A DNA stretch of 64,000 nt from Octopus vulgaris (GCA_951406725.2 OX597837.1:15996001-16060000), one strand, 5' to 3'; counted from the first letter of the stretch, positions 41,953 to 55,655 are shown. The notes: a model not told the origin generated them from the letters alone. Numbers and translations are program-made.

Positions 41953-43797
41953 ACAGATCAATAAACCCATAATCTCACAGATCAATAAACCTATAATCGA
42001 ATTCAAAAGTTTCCCACTCGCCACAGTCCCATCTTTTAACACATAATCCAGATCTTTTAACCTCAGATCTTAACAACATTGCCATAATTTTCCATAGTGT
42101 CCCTTTTTTTTTTATTATTAAATAAAGAAGGAAACACTATAAAAAAACTCGATCATGCTGTGTGCCATGGCGCCAATTACTGTAAAAGAGATAATCACTT
42201 CCAGATTAATTATGTCGGCTGAGAAGCTTCAATTTTAAATCGAAGAGTAACAAAAAAGAGGTACAGAATATACAAATTAAATATATATATTTTTCCACTC
42301 ATTGCGAAAGCTCTTAAATTTTGCAGTCATAGAAAGTCATGTATTGCGCTGTTTCATCCATGTCTGAAATTGTCAGCGTGACATAACCCTAGGTTAATAG
42401 ATTACACCAAATCAAATATTTTACGAAGCGAGACAGCTTAGTAAGATGTTACAAGAAGACGGGATGCTGGTGGCTGGAAATGATGCTGATTGTAAACCAA
42501 CTCAGTCATCGCCAGCCTGGAGTTAAAAACAAAACAAAACAAACGAATAGCAACAACAACAACAGTGACTAATGTTTTAATCATTGCGGTCTCCGCCCAA
42601 ATGAAGTCTATAAAGTGAAGTTTATAAAGGCGGGTGGGATTGAGATTGCAAGCATTTTAAAGCCGAGTTTGATCTCGTTTATCACGAAGGAGGCGGACAA
42701 CTCCGTTATGTTTCTGGTGTCTTGAGTTTGCAAGAATATTGTAAGACGAAGCCCAAATCTGACAACAGAGTCAGCCCTTATGATTAGTGTCACATCAAAC
42801 TGGCTCTGGATGGAAGTCTTTACAGAACAAACTGCAACAACAAGAACAACAACATATACCAGAAGGTAATAAAGAAGTAGTAAAGAGACGAGCAGGGTTT
42901 GACAAGAGCGAAATACAAGCAATTGAAAGAGATGGCGACCGCGAAGCCAGTCTGCTCTATGGGAATACAGCGCATGCGTACGTGCGTGCGTGTGTATGAG
43001 CGCGCGCACCCGTGTTGTGTGTGTTGTAAGATTATTCACATACGCACACATAATTTATAGATTAGAAACACACACACACACATACGACGGCCTTCTTTCA
43101 GTTCCAGTCTATTCAATCCACTCACAAGGCTTCGGTCTGACACTTGTTCGGGGACTGAACCAGGAACCATCTGGTTGGAAAGCAGTATGTATGTATGTAT
43201 GTATGTATGTATGTATGTATGTATGTATGTATGTATGTATGTATGTATGTATGTATATATATTGTATGACTGAGCGCCCTCGCGTCGTTTCGTTTCTTTT
43301 CTTTTCTTCAAGTAAGTTTTTATATATAATTATGACGCGAAACTCTGTAACCCTTTGCTTGACCTTTCCTTCCTTCCTGTCTGTCTTCCTCTTTGCCTGT
43401 CTCTCTCCTTCTTATTTTTCACCCTTTCTGGTTTCCTTTCCTCTCTACATATATCTCTCTCACTGCCGACCAACTTCCTTTCACTCCAGCCTTCTACAAA
43501 TCAACACGACTTTTTTCCTTGCGCTCTGAATTTTTCCATCGTCTAGGCTTAAAAAAAGGCCCTCAATGTTGGTTTCTTTTATTTAATTCCTTTGCAGGAA
43601 GGGCCAGTTCGACGGGTCGTGTTCTGTCCTTACCTTCGAAACACGCATGGAGTCGAACCGGGGACAGCTGATGAAGGGGAATGTTCCTTGTGTTGTTTGT
43701 CATGTGCTCTGTTTTTTCGTTGTTAAAAAAAGTCCGTTTCCATGTTTTTGTGTTTTCGTTTCTCATTGAGTTCTACGTCTATTTGTGGTGTCCTGTA

Positions 43798-43859
<62 letters not shown>

Positions 43860-44401
43860 TGTATATATACATGTATACATTTTTTAACACATACATGCAC
43901 GCACACACACATACATACATACCTACATACCTACATACATACATACATACCTACATACATACATACATACATACATACATACATACATGCATACAATAAT
44001 GTATACGATTGAAATAATTCGCTGTTTGCAGCAGATCGCAAACAAATCTTCTCAAAATTTGGGAGAAAACCGTTCAAAGAATTCCTTTCACCATTTTCCA
44101 TCCAAGACATTTCTGCTATATTTACTTCTCTTCATTTTTTCCTTTTGACACGTTCAGTTCGTGTTTTTTGTTGTTTTTTTCTTTGTTATTGCTGTTGTTG
44201 TTATAGTTGTCTTTGATTTATTTTATTTATATTTTCCTTCTTTCTTATGTTTTTTTTTTTATTCTATTCTATTTCGCTTTCTTCCTATTAAATCTTTTGT
44301 ATATGAAATAAGCGTTTTTTATCGGGCAAATTACTTTTCCAGTAACAACGAACTGTCTGAAGTGTTTTTTTTTTCTTCAGATTTTATAGAGAACTTAAGG
44401 A

Positions 44402-44466
<65 letters not shown>

Positions 44467-44567
44467 ATGAGGTAGAGATGGGGAGAGAGAGAAGGGGGTG
44501 GCTCTGGCTACCTCACCTAACTTCGAGATTTTATATACGAGTGGTAGCTGTATACAATCTCTGTCTG

Positions 44568-44614
<47 letters not shown>

Positions 44615-44617
44615 GTC

Positions 44618-44648
<31 letters not shown>

Positions 44649-44769
44649 GTCTGTCTGTCTTTCTGTCTATTTATCTACATATCTATCTATCTATCTATCT
44701 ATACATACATACATACACACACACATCCATTGCTAGAAAGGATCATTGAAATGAGTCAATGTGGATGCA

Positions 44770-44950
44770 ATGTGAGTCCCTTGTATGACTCTTGAGTCCG
44801 GCGAAAGTTTTGCACATTCTATTACCTAATGCACAGCTGTCCTGACTGGCAGAAGGTAAAGGTGCCACAGCATGAACTCTTTTGACATGCCTTTTCAAGA
44901 CTCCACCTGAGAGGCACACCTTTCCACAAGGTTCCACAAGGTTCTGTTGT
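44770..44950 (-). mobile_element. C2H2-like zinc-finger remnant, probably the C-terminal tail of an RTE-type LINE
   Basis: CGKVCLSGGVLKRHVKRVH and [19 protein letters not shown]; damaged by a 10-bp duplication GTTCCACAAG; lacks the TGEKP linker of host zinc-finger genes. Confidence 0.5.
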
Positions 44951-45293
44951 GAACTATAGCCATATCACAATTTACCATGGTGTGTGTGTGTGTGTGTGTG
45001 TGTAATCCTCACTTGGAGGAAAGAAATTCCCTATTGGTTATTCGCTGAAGGAGAGAAGGTACTGTAACTGTTTCTAGCATTTTTTTATGAAATGAAGGTG
45101 GTTTTATTTGCGCTGGCGAATTGAAGTTTTTAAAAGTTAAGAGAATATAAAGAAATGTTTTCGGAGAAATTTTATTAATATAATAAATTTAAAAGATATA
45201 TATTTTCTCTGTTTAAATTGTGGTGAAACACAAGTTGAAGAGAAACGGGGAGGTTTATGTAACAGCGGGTAAATATTTTAGTTAAAAAGACCC

Positions 45294-45663
45294 GAAATTC
45301 TGGGGGAGGGGGCCAGTCGATTAGCTCGACACCAGTTCGCAACTGGTACTTAATTTATCGATCCTGAAAGGATGAAAGGCAAAATCGACCTCGGCGGAAT
45401 TTGAACCCAGAACGTAAAGGTAGACGAAATACCTATTTCTTTACTACCCATAAGGGGCTAAACACAGAGGGGACAAACAAGGACAGACACACGGATTAAG
45501 TCGATTATATCGACTCCAGTGCGTAACTGGTACTAATTTATCGACCCCGAAAGGATGAAAGGTAAAGTCGACCTCGGCGGAATTTGAACTCAGAACGTAG
45601 CGGCAGACGATATACCGCTAAGCATTTCGCTCGGCGTGCTAACCACTCTGCCACCTCGCCGCT
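45294..45663 (-). mobile_element. Well-preserved OK-like tRNA SINE, partial-tandem structure
   Basis: A box TGGCAGAGTGG and B box GAGTTCAAATTCC; body duplicated (45330-45432 vs 45500-45615) around a 55-nt tail. Confidence 0.85.
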
Positions 45664-46547
45664 TTATGAACTTCAACAATTATAACTCCCCCTCGTCTTA
45701 TTGTGACTTAATATGGCGTGTCCACTTTATTATAAAATTATATATCAATATGCTTGTGCGCAGATGTGAGCATGATAACTGATATATGTGTCAACGGGAA
45801 TAAAAGTGTTTGAACCTCGTAAGCTGATGTAAACTAGGTTATTTTACCACCAGGAGCATATATGGAGGTCAATGGTTTGTAAGTAAAGAATGTGTAAAAC
45901 CAGCCCACGTGATCTGTAGTATTCGTCTTTTTGTCTTTACATCTGCCATTCATTTTCATTTGTGTTCATAAACATACGTGTGTGTATGGACATCAGCAGC
46001 TGTATGTTTGTGTATGTGAGTATATTTTGAGTGTTGGTCGGTCGGTGTATACGCATCTGTATATAAGTTCATGTTTGTTTTTTCGTTTTTGGTTTTTCCT
46101 TATAATTACTTGAATAATTAGCATCCAAACGCCTGTATCTTAGTGGGAGTATGGATGCGTGTGCACTTGCTTTAATTGGCTAATTTTTAGGTCGATTCGT
46201 AAGTAAACAGAATGGGAGTTCCCGTCAATATGTGCAAGCGTGCATCCTGTGTGATTGCAATGGTAAATAAAAGATGCAAATATAAACGATACTTTATCAA
46301 AATCCCTTAAATAATCATTATCAATGATCTCCCTTCAACAATTCATTCTTTCAAAATAATTCAAGGTTAAGTCTAAGAATCACTTCCGGCGTAAACATAT
46401 TCCATAAATTGCTCTAAAATACTTACCTTCCACGCAATTTCATTTTTATAGAAACATTTTTCTTGTTGTATTGCATCGAAAGGTCTCCATGCAGTTATTT
46501 AGGAACTTTCAGTAATTCTTTTTGGGAACAGTGAATCTGGAAATGGA

Positions 46548-46885
46548 GGTCGACTTTGCCTTTCATCCCTATTTCGGAGTCGATGGAATAAGGATCAGTC
46601 AAGTACTGGGGTCGATATAATCGATTCGCTCCCTCCGCCCAAATTTCAGGCCACGTGCCTATAGTAGAAAGGATTAAGTTATCTGTACGGCGACGGCGCC
46701 GGAAAATGTGCAAAGCGCTATTTCTTTCGTCCATACGTTCTGTGTTCAAGTTCCGCCACAGTCGACTTTACCTTTCACCCCTTTCAGGGTCGATAAAGCA
46801 AGTGCCAGTTGAGCATTAGAGTCGGTGTAACCAACCAGCCACTCCGCCCCCAAATTTCGGGCCTTGTGCTTATAATAGAAACAAT
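46548..46885 (+). mobile_element. Two direct OK-like SINE copies
   Basis: GTCGACTTT(G/A)CCTTTCA...CCCAAATTTC(A/G)GGCC..GTGC(C/T)TATA(G/A)TAGAAA occurs twice. Confidence 0.75.
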
Positions 46886-46919
46886 TATTGTTTATATTTA
46901 TATTTTTATTTATCTATAT

Positions 46920-46950
<31 letters not shown>

Positions 46951-47886
46951 TCTATTTATTTATTTATTTATTGTCTGCACAAACCGTTATTTTCTCGCCT
47001 CCAAACTTTAACAAAAAAAAAAATCTTTTGGGGTTATTTTTCGAAATTATGCTGATCCAGATCTTGTTTCTCATTGGCGAAAATTCTATCTTTATTTCTT
47101 TTCCTCTTTTTTCTTTTGTTTTTTCTTTCATTTACAAGCAAATTTCTCGTTCTGCCTTGTTTTACTAAAGTTTTAAAAAGTATTCTTTTCTTTACAACGA
47201 AAAATTTCTAATTCTTGCCTGGTTTCATTGAAGTTTGCTCTTAAAATGTTATTTTTTGCAGAAAGTTTCTGAGATGTGACAGTTGAATACGACAGAAACA
47301 TGTAACATGATCTATCAATTCAAGTGGTACGAGGTGGAAGAAATCTTAGATATTTTTTATTTTGAATTCTTACATGTTGTGTAATTTGTTTTCCCGTGTG
47401 TGTATACGTGTATGTATGTATGTATGTATGTATGTATGTATGTATGTATGTATGTATGTATGTACGTTTCTATGAATGCATACACACACACACTCACATG
47501 AAATGAATATATGTATATATTCTAATGTTCTTGAAAGAACTCAATACATTTTGTAGAGTATATCATTTATTTAAACTAAATACTTTTTCTTGCGATTCTG
47601 GTGTCACACCACTGTAGGACTGCAAGATAAAAAAACGATTTACACATACAAGCCACACACAAGTCACACACATACACACACACACGCACAAATACAGATC
47701 TTTATGAATGTATGTGTGCATTCGGCCATCATCGGACAATGATGGGTAACCGGCCAAAATTTTGAAATTACTGTCAACACTATTTTTGTTAAAGAATAAA
47801 TTTGTACTCTACAATAGTTTGGAATAATTCTTCAGATTAAGTTAAAATTACTTTTATTATAACTAAACGTAAAAACAAGCATTGTA

Positions 47887-47959
<73 letters not shown>

Positions 47960-47980
47960 ACACAGACTTATGTGGTAAAG

Positions 47981-48180
47981 ACGCGTGGTCTATTAGTTAG
48001 GCTGTTGTACTTACGATCGATACCTAGACCGGGCGACGCGAGTAAAACACTTCACGTTGCTCCAGGGTGAGGAACGTTGGCCAATTCACCCGCCCAGCCA
48101 GCGGGGTGGCGTCATTCGAAGGCTAAAATGCTACAAAGAGCATTGTGACAACATCTGACCGTCTGGTTGGTCACGTGATA
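47981..48180 (+). mobile_element. tRNA-derived SINE, internally deleted
   Basis: GCGTGGTCTATTAGTTAGG...CACTTCACGTTGCTCCAG; head shared with 16830-17240. Confidence 0.6.
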
Positions 48181-48182
48181 TC

Positions 48183-48276
<94 letters not shown>

Positions 48277-49056
48277 TGTATGTATGTGTGCATAATGTAT
48301 ATATGGTGTGGGCTCCTCGATCATAAACGACAGATGGAGATTCTGCCAGTTTATTGTCGAACATACTGGGCGAGCGATTAGTTTATTGTAGTGAAATGCT
48401 TATGTTGTACATTAGTTTAGTTCAGCCGTTCCATCAAATCGACATTAACTCTGCTGGTGCACAAGTGTGCCACGTATCAGTTGTCGAAGTGATTGCAGAA
48501 TAGATTGGAAATATTAGGCTTAGCCTACCTCAATTACATCGATCCCAGTGCTCAAACGGTGCACGCACATACAAAAATACAAAGTAAAACAATTCCATAT
48601 ATTTAGTCTGCTGGAATGAATAGATAAGTCAACAGGTAAGTTTTTAATGTCAAACTTTTCCCCGGCCATATTTGGCTCGTAACTTATAAATGAAAATTTA
48701 CTGCATAAATTTGTAATTCATTTATTGAGCATACATGGAAACAGCTGTAGGGAGAAAGGATTATCAAGTTATTAATAAATAAACATTCACCACTAACTCT
48801 TCCTTTTCTTCTCTTAATTTAATAAGGATTAAATACTTATTACATACCTACTTTATAAGCGAAATTATATTTCCCAAAGACATAAGGGATAGAACCAGGG
48901 GTTCCTTGCATGTAATCGTCCCTTTAAGAGGTTAATATATCCTCTAATTAACTTATATATATATATATGTATGTACGTATGTGCATGTGTGTATATATAT
49001 ATATATATATATATGTGCGCGTTGAGTGTGAGTGTATGTATACATATGTATATATG

Positions 49057-49095
<39 letters not shown>

Positions 49096-49397
49096 TTATA
49101 GTTATATTTATATTTATATGTATGTATGTATGTATGTATACACACATACACACACACACACACGCACATATATGTATGTATGTGGACACAAGTATAAATT
49201 TACATGTATGCGTGCGTGAGTGCATGTGTATGTGTGTTTACAGAGGAATTCCTTTTTTTTTCCACTTTGTCTTTGTTGATATGTTGGTTTGTTGCTGTTC
49301 TCTAAAACCCGTCAAGACTATTCTAACGGCTACAATATGGCATCAATTAAAAAAATGTTTCTAATTTACTTGAAGTGGTTGTCATTATTGGCATAGA

Positions 49398-49500
49398 TTC
49401 TTCTTCTTCTTCTTCTTCTTCTTCTTCTTCTTCTTCTTCTTCTTCTTCTTCTTCTTCTTCTTCTTCTTCTTCTTCTTCTTCTTCTTCTTCTTCTTCTTCT
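49398..49500. repeat. (TTC)n microsatellite
   Basis: Directly visible. Confidence 0.95.
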
Positions 49501-49858
49501 CCTTTTTCTCCTTATCCTTCGCCTTCTCCTCATCTTGAATAGATGTGTATTCGAGGTGCAGCGAATAAATCGTTTACTTGGAAAAGAGATTTCGTTGTTG
49601 AATCTAATGTTAGTGTTTCGGGTTTTTTTATTTTAAGGCGTGTAGACTTATAACCATCTCAGCCGTGATCATCTCATCTGTCACTTATTCAGACATAATT
49701 CATCTTTATTCTGTTCTTGTTTTAAGACTACACCATACCCTTACTGTAAGACCATCCACCCCACCGCCCACGAAAAACAGACAAAGAAATAAAGAATAAG
49801 AAAACCAAGTGCGTAGCGGTACCAAAGTTTTAAACTTTTGAAAAAAATTCAGTTGTAA

Positions 49859-49907
<49 letters not shown>

Positions 49908-50992
49908 CAGGGCGCGTTGTGTAAATTGTTGTCACCATTTTATATTTTTAATTTCGCGCATGCACTTTCTTTGTTTTTGATTTTGTCGACTACACAGCTT
50001 AGTGGGGTCAGTTGGGCACCGTCTCTGGGAAAAACAGCACCATGACACAATTCGCTCTGCCAGAAATTTGGAAATGACATGCTGTACTGTTTGGCATTTG
50101 TGCTGGAAGCTTCAATACGAACATTTCAGAGTGTTTAGGTGTCAATGTGAAGACAGTGCAGAAGATTCGGATTGAGTTGGATGAGTCTGTTGGTGATTAC
50201 AAAGGTAGGGTAGCTCGGAAAGTGCACTCTGATTGTTCTGATGAGAAAATAACTCCTGAATTTGCTGGTGAGATCCAGGCCATTATTGACAACGATTCCT
50301 CCAAGTCAGTCAGGTCCATCGCCAGGGACATGGTGGTGTCTGTGTTTCTTATCAAGTAGGTTCTACATGAAGACATTCGCTATTCCTCATACGAGATGAG
50401 AAAGGGACAATTTTTATCCCATCCCGTCAAGAACTAGAAGTAAGACCGCACTACGAAGCTTTTGAATAAACTGAAGCACCCCCTCCAACCGAACATCCCA
50501 AAGCAGTGTCCCCCAAAGCATGTCCTGAGAGTGATAAAAATCAAACACTCAGTCAACATCATGGTGTTTGGGATGATCACTAGTGATGGCCACGTTATGC
50601 CTCCATTTAACCCTCCCACACGGTCTCAGACATAAATGTACGGAGGAGGAAATGCTGCCTTGGGTGAAGAGGATGGCTGCTGGAAGACCCTATGTCTGGC
50701 AACAGGACTCTGCACCATGCCACACAAGCAAGAGAACCCAGTCATGGCTGTCAGACAAGAGGGTTGCAGTCTGGGAGTTAGGTGGCCAGATGTTAGGGGT
50801 GAAATTGTCTGATAGCCATGACTGGGTTCTCCTTTCCGAATTTCTGGCAGAGTGAATTGCGCCATAGTGTTGATTTTTTCATAGACGGTGCCCAACTGAC
50901 TTTTCTATACTGTGTAGTCGAAAAAAAAAAAAAAACAAAGAATGCGCGAAATTAAAAATATAAAATAGCAACAATTTACCCACCGCACCCTG
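49908..50992. mobile_element. Tc1/mariner (maT-like) composite with two left ends
   Basis: TA-CAGGG...CCCTG-TA; ~165-bp inverted ends; + strand transposase remnant (MVFGMITSDG, YVWQQDSAPCH); WPPNS motif on the - strand. Confidence 0.85.
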
Positions 50993-51209
50993 TAAATACT
51001 CCTCGGGAAATAATCATTGCCGATTGGATTTGCTGGATTTCAACTGCAAAGGGGATTCTACATTACCCCCGTCTGTATTGATTTACAATGTGGTTTGCAG
51101 CCTGGCCCACGAAAGAAGCCTTTTTGTGATCACCACCGATTTAGTTAAATCCTTAAATTGTGCATCAAATATATTTATATATGTATACAATTATATATTT
51201 ATATGTGCA

Positions 51210-51268
<59 letters not shown>

Positions 51269-51329
51269 ATGTATGTATGCATGTATAGATAGACAGATAG
51301 ATAGATAAACTTAAGAGGACAGTGTATGA

Positions 51330-51630
51330 ATGTAGAGTAGTAATGTATAGTGTCTAACGACATATCTCAATCTATTTGCACTTCTATGACATGTCTTAAT
51401 CTCTAATGCTATATTGTCCACATTCCTAATCTGCAACGAATGCACCTCTATGACATGTCTTAATTCGAAAGATTTCGTTCCTATGACACATTTTAATCTG
51501 TAACATTTACACTCTAATGACACGTCTTAACCTGTAACGTCTACGTTCAAATTTTACATCTTATACTGTACTAATGTTGAGTTATTGCGTCTTCACGCCT
51601 CTGACACGTCTTACATCTTATGTCTTACAG
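51330..51630. repeat. Degenerate ~30-32-bp minisatellite
   Basis: Recurrent CTATGACA(T/C)GTCTTAA(T/C)CTGTAAC, roughly 8 copies. Confidence 0.65.
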
Positions 51631-51643
51631 CTGATATTATATG

Positions 51644-51658
51644 TCACCAGATGGCGCT
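51644..51658 (+). promoter_or_regulatory. CTCF-like motif
   Basis: TCACCAGATGGCGCT vs consensus CCASYAGRKGGCRS, one mismatch. Confidence 0.35.
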
Positions 51659-52235
51659 TTCGGCTGACAAATTATTGGCTTCAAGCAGTTATGAAGCACA
51701 AAACCTGACTGACAGCGAAAGTCTTAAAGTGCACGGTCAATCGCTTTGCCTTTCCTTTCCTCTTCTGCTCACAATAAAATGGCTGCGACGGCGGCTCCGA
51801 ACCTACTTGTTGAGGATGGTGGAGATGGTAAGGAGGAGAGGTGACGTGTTGATGACGATGGTGATGGAGGTGACAGGTGATGAGGGTGGTGTCGACAGCT
51901 ATAGGCAAGAAAGAATTGGTGTGAAATTGTGTCACATACATACATACATACACATACACACATATATATATAGATAGATACATACATACATACGTACGTA
52001 AATACACACACACACACACACATACACATACACACACACACGCACACACACACACACATATATATAGATACATACACACACAACCACATATATATCAATC
52101 TACTCATCCCACTCCCCAGTAACCAGAAGGCTGTCTGCCTGGCTTTTTGCTTGCCTTTCTGCCAATGTGTCTTTGTGTCTTTCTCTCTCCTTTAATATAC
52201 ATATATATGTATGTCTATATGTGTGTGCGTGTGTG

Positions 52236-52281
<46 letters not shown>

Positions 52282-52799
52282 GTAGTGCAGGAGCATAAAT
52301 CAAAAAAGTTGAATTAAATTTAAACAGGGCAAAGCCTCTCTGTGGATGAAATAAGAATGTAAACTTATCTATTTTATGTCAATGAATATGCGGAAAAAAA
52401 GAGAGCAGAAGTCTCCTGACGGACTGTTTTACATTTTGTTGGCCTTTCCTCAGAGAAGACGTTCCCAACTTCCTTCCCTAATCAATAACATAGATGAAGT
52501 GATACATGAAAAAAAAACATCTTAAATTTAGTTTACCACTGTAGTGAGTGGCCTAATTTACATATTTGTGCTTTCAACAGTTTGTTATTAATTAAACAAT
52601 ATATGTTTTATTCACAACAGTGTAACTTAATCTACGGATTTTCCTACTACAGATTTACACTAAACCGTTTATTAAAAAGAAATAGGTTTTAAAAGAAAAT
52701 GATGTAAAAATAATCTAAAATATGGAGCTTTACTCTCTAAAAGGTTGGCGCCAAGAAAAAGGCTTTGTATAGCATCTTGATATCTCTTCCATTCATAAA

Positions 52800-53140
52800 A
52801 GTATAATGACTTATCGAACACTTTCGAAGGTCGCTTTAACCATCAGTTGTTCAATAACTCGTTCCACCATCAACAATTAGAAATCAGAGCACTTTCCAAA
52901 AACATTTCTTTCAATGTACTGCGGAACTCTTACGTCACTCACCAGTGAGTTTTTGACTTAGTAAAGTTCAGCGAAAGAAATGCCTTCGACCGTGTCTGGC
53001 ACACAAGTCTCCAAACTTTCGGTCTACGAGCTTCATCCATTTCTCATGACGTGGAACGGTTGTTCTATCAGATCGCACCGGTTGCCCTGTGTCAGAACTC
53101 ACTCCGCCTCACCCTCAATCAGCTCCAGTGTTCTCCACAG
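52800..53140 (+). mobile_element. Old CR1/Jockey-type RT fragment
   Basis: AFDRVWH, SKLSVYELHPFLMTW, LSDRT and ISSSVLHR (ISSGVPQG-like), across frameshifts. Confidence 0.6.
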
Positions 53141-53490
53141 GAGGTGGGGACCAAAGAAGCGTTACAAGGGCTGCCTGAAGCAGTCCCTTGGTGTTTGTGA
53201 CATTGATTATCGTGTATGGTCCACTCTAACAGCTGACCACGCTGCTTGGCGCCATACCATCAGCGATGCTGTTTCTTCCTTTGAGATCTCTCGCAGTGAT
53301 TCTCTCGAAGACAAACGTCAGGGGCGAAAAAATAATGCAGCTGCATCATAAGATCCTGGACAATCATAGCTCTGTCATCTTTGCAATTGGATATATCGAT
53401 CCAACATCAGCCTTACCAGCCATGAACGAGCGTGCAGACAACGTGGACAAAAGCCTTCCTGATTTTCGTCAGCGAAGCGAAGCCAAGAAG
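53141..53490 (+). mobile_element. RTE/BovB-like LINE 3' end
   Basis: GPKKRYKGCLKQSL..CDID...W..LTADHAAWR..I..FE, then CHLCNWIYRSNISLTSHERAC and a short 3' UTR ending CGAAGCCAAGAAG. Confidence 0.8.
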
Positions 53491-54069
53491 GGAGATTCGA
53501 TATAAATCGATGTAATGTAGTCAAATCTATTGACCGCATTGGTAAAATTTCTGCAGAAAAATTTACAAAACATGTTACGACTGTTTCGTTCAAGAATACA
53601 ACACACCGCTCAGTCTAAGAATCGAAACAACAACCTCGCAACCAGTAGACCAGCCACCTTCCCAACTATCTTGTTGACCAACAGAATTAAATTCCTCTCA
53701 TTGAAAAATCTTATCTAAAGGTAACTAAAGCGAATATAATCTACGATAAAAAAAAACTGCACTGCCAAGGAGCCATTTTTAAACGCATCTTTTATATTTC
53801 TTATCTCTCTGCCTCTCTACTCAACCAATGATATCTGAAAATGTAGCGAAAACCTGGTGCTGTTCAATGAGCTTAACTGCATTGGATCTGGTCAAGAATT
53901 GGCTGCGCAAAGAATAAAGGTGGTCGAGGAAGGTAAACGTTAAGACTATTACTCACCCAGAAACGTGGGTGATGATATCTCTCACTTTCTCTGTCTCTGT
54001 TTTTCTCTTTCTTTCCCTCTCTCTCTGTTTTTCTCTTTCTTTCCCTCTCTCTCTGTTTTTCTCTTTCTT

Positions 54070-54137
<68 letters not shown>

Positions 54138-54594
54138 GTATAAATATATATACAAGCACATAAACATACATAGACACAGACATGAGCACAACAGTATAGA
54201 TGTTGGGTAGACCGGAGTGGCGTACCCGCTGGGTGGTCTCTAACGTACCTACACTAAGCAGTTTAGCAAACGATGTACAGGTAGATTACCGCGCTTCTTC
54301 TGTACCACCCTGGGACCAGGCATACTCCATGCACCAGTAGAACCACGCATCTCATAATGGTTATCACAGACAACAGATACAGATACCTTTCTACGGGAAT
54401 CATTCACTGCCTCTGCACTGATGGCGCGGCTGGGACTTACTCTTTGTATACCTGCACATATCTGTGTGAGCGAGTATATAATCATATACATACATACATA
54501 CATACATACATACATACATACATACATACATACACATACGTACATACATACATACACATACATACATATACACATATATGTATCTTCATGTCTT

Positions 54595-54634
<40 letters not shown>

Positions 54635-54790
54635 TATAAGCATGTATGTATGTATATATGCATACACATATGTATGTATGTATATATGTAAGTATGTATG
54701 TGAGTATGTGCGTATGCAAATACGTACATTTATTCGCACGCACATACACATACAGGCATGTGTGCGTGTATGAAGGTATATACACTCACT

Positions 54791-54824
<34 letters not shown>

Positions 54825-55342
54825 CACACACACACGCACATCCTCATACATTCACAGATATGACACAGTCATATAATCTGACAGGCAAAATATTCTTGTA
54901 ATATTTGAGGTTTTTTCTTTCTTTTTTTTCAGTGCAGGAAGTGAAAGCTCGACTGAAGGAGGAGAGAGAGACGTGAAAGACGAGTGGCAGAGACGTCAGA
55001 GCACCGCACTACATCCTTTACAGCATTTGGTCTCGTTCACCTGACATTCCTTCTCCGTTTGAATTCCAACGAGGTCGACTTTCCTTTATATACACTCTCG
55101 AGAGGCGTAGAACTGCATTAAAACAAGCAGCATGCACCTGGTTAGCATCTGGTTCTGAGACTGGAACAGCTTTGATCATATATCTGGTCAATCAGGTTTG
55201 ACCGAGGGCTAAACAACAACAGCACGGAGGAGGTGGCTCCGAGCCAGAAAGCATCTTACGCGCTTTCGTTGGGAATGCTAGAAACAGCAGTGAAATCTCG
55301 AAATCACACTTTGAAGGTTTAGAAATATAATGTACTATGAGT

Positions 55343-55655
55343 GGTTGTGGGGTAAGATGTTGGTTTTCCAGTCACATCATTCCAAGTTCAATCCCTCTGC
55401 TTGGTACTTTGTCTTATATATATATGTGTGTGTGTGTTTGTGTTTGTGTGTGTTTGTATGTGTGTGTGTATGTGTGTGCGTGTGTATGTGCGTGTGTGTG
55501 TATGTGCGTCTGTGTGTGCGTGTGTTTGTGCGTGTATGTGTATGTGTGTGTATGTGCGTCTGTGTGTGCGTGTGTTTGTACGTGTGTGTGTATGTGTCTT
55601 TGTGTTTATCTCCGACGACTACTTGACAACCGGTGTTGGAATGTTTACGTCCCTA
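55343..55655 (+). mobile_element. OR-like SINE remnant with internal (TG)n
   Basis: GGTTGTGGGGTAAGA...AAGTTCAATCCC...CTTGACAACCGGTGTTGG..TGTTTACGTCCC. Confidence 0.6.

Noticed and set aside
41952-41998. Short tandem duplications (also 17939-17970 and 18046-18084)
   Set aside because: Ordinary 16-24-bp slippage or repair duplications
42608-43051. 147-aa - strand ORF and short + strand frames in unique sequence
   Set aside because: No recognisable domain and no consistent splice sites
45580-45663. tRNA gene
   Set aside because: A and B boxes belong to a SINE head; no cloverleaf
54933-54976. Strong + strand acceptor followed by QEVKARLKEERET*
   Set aside because: Too short to judge, and runs into a degenerate SINE head
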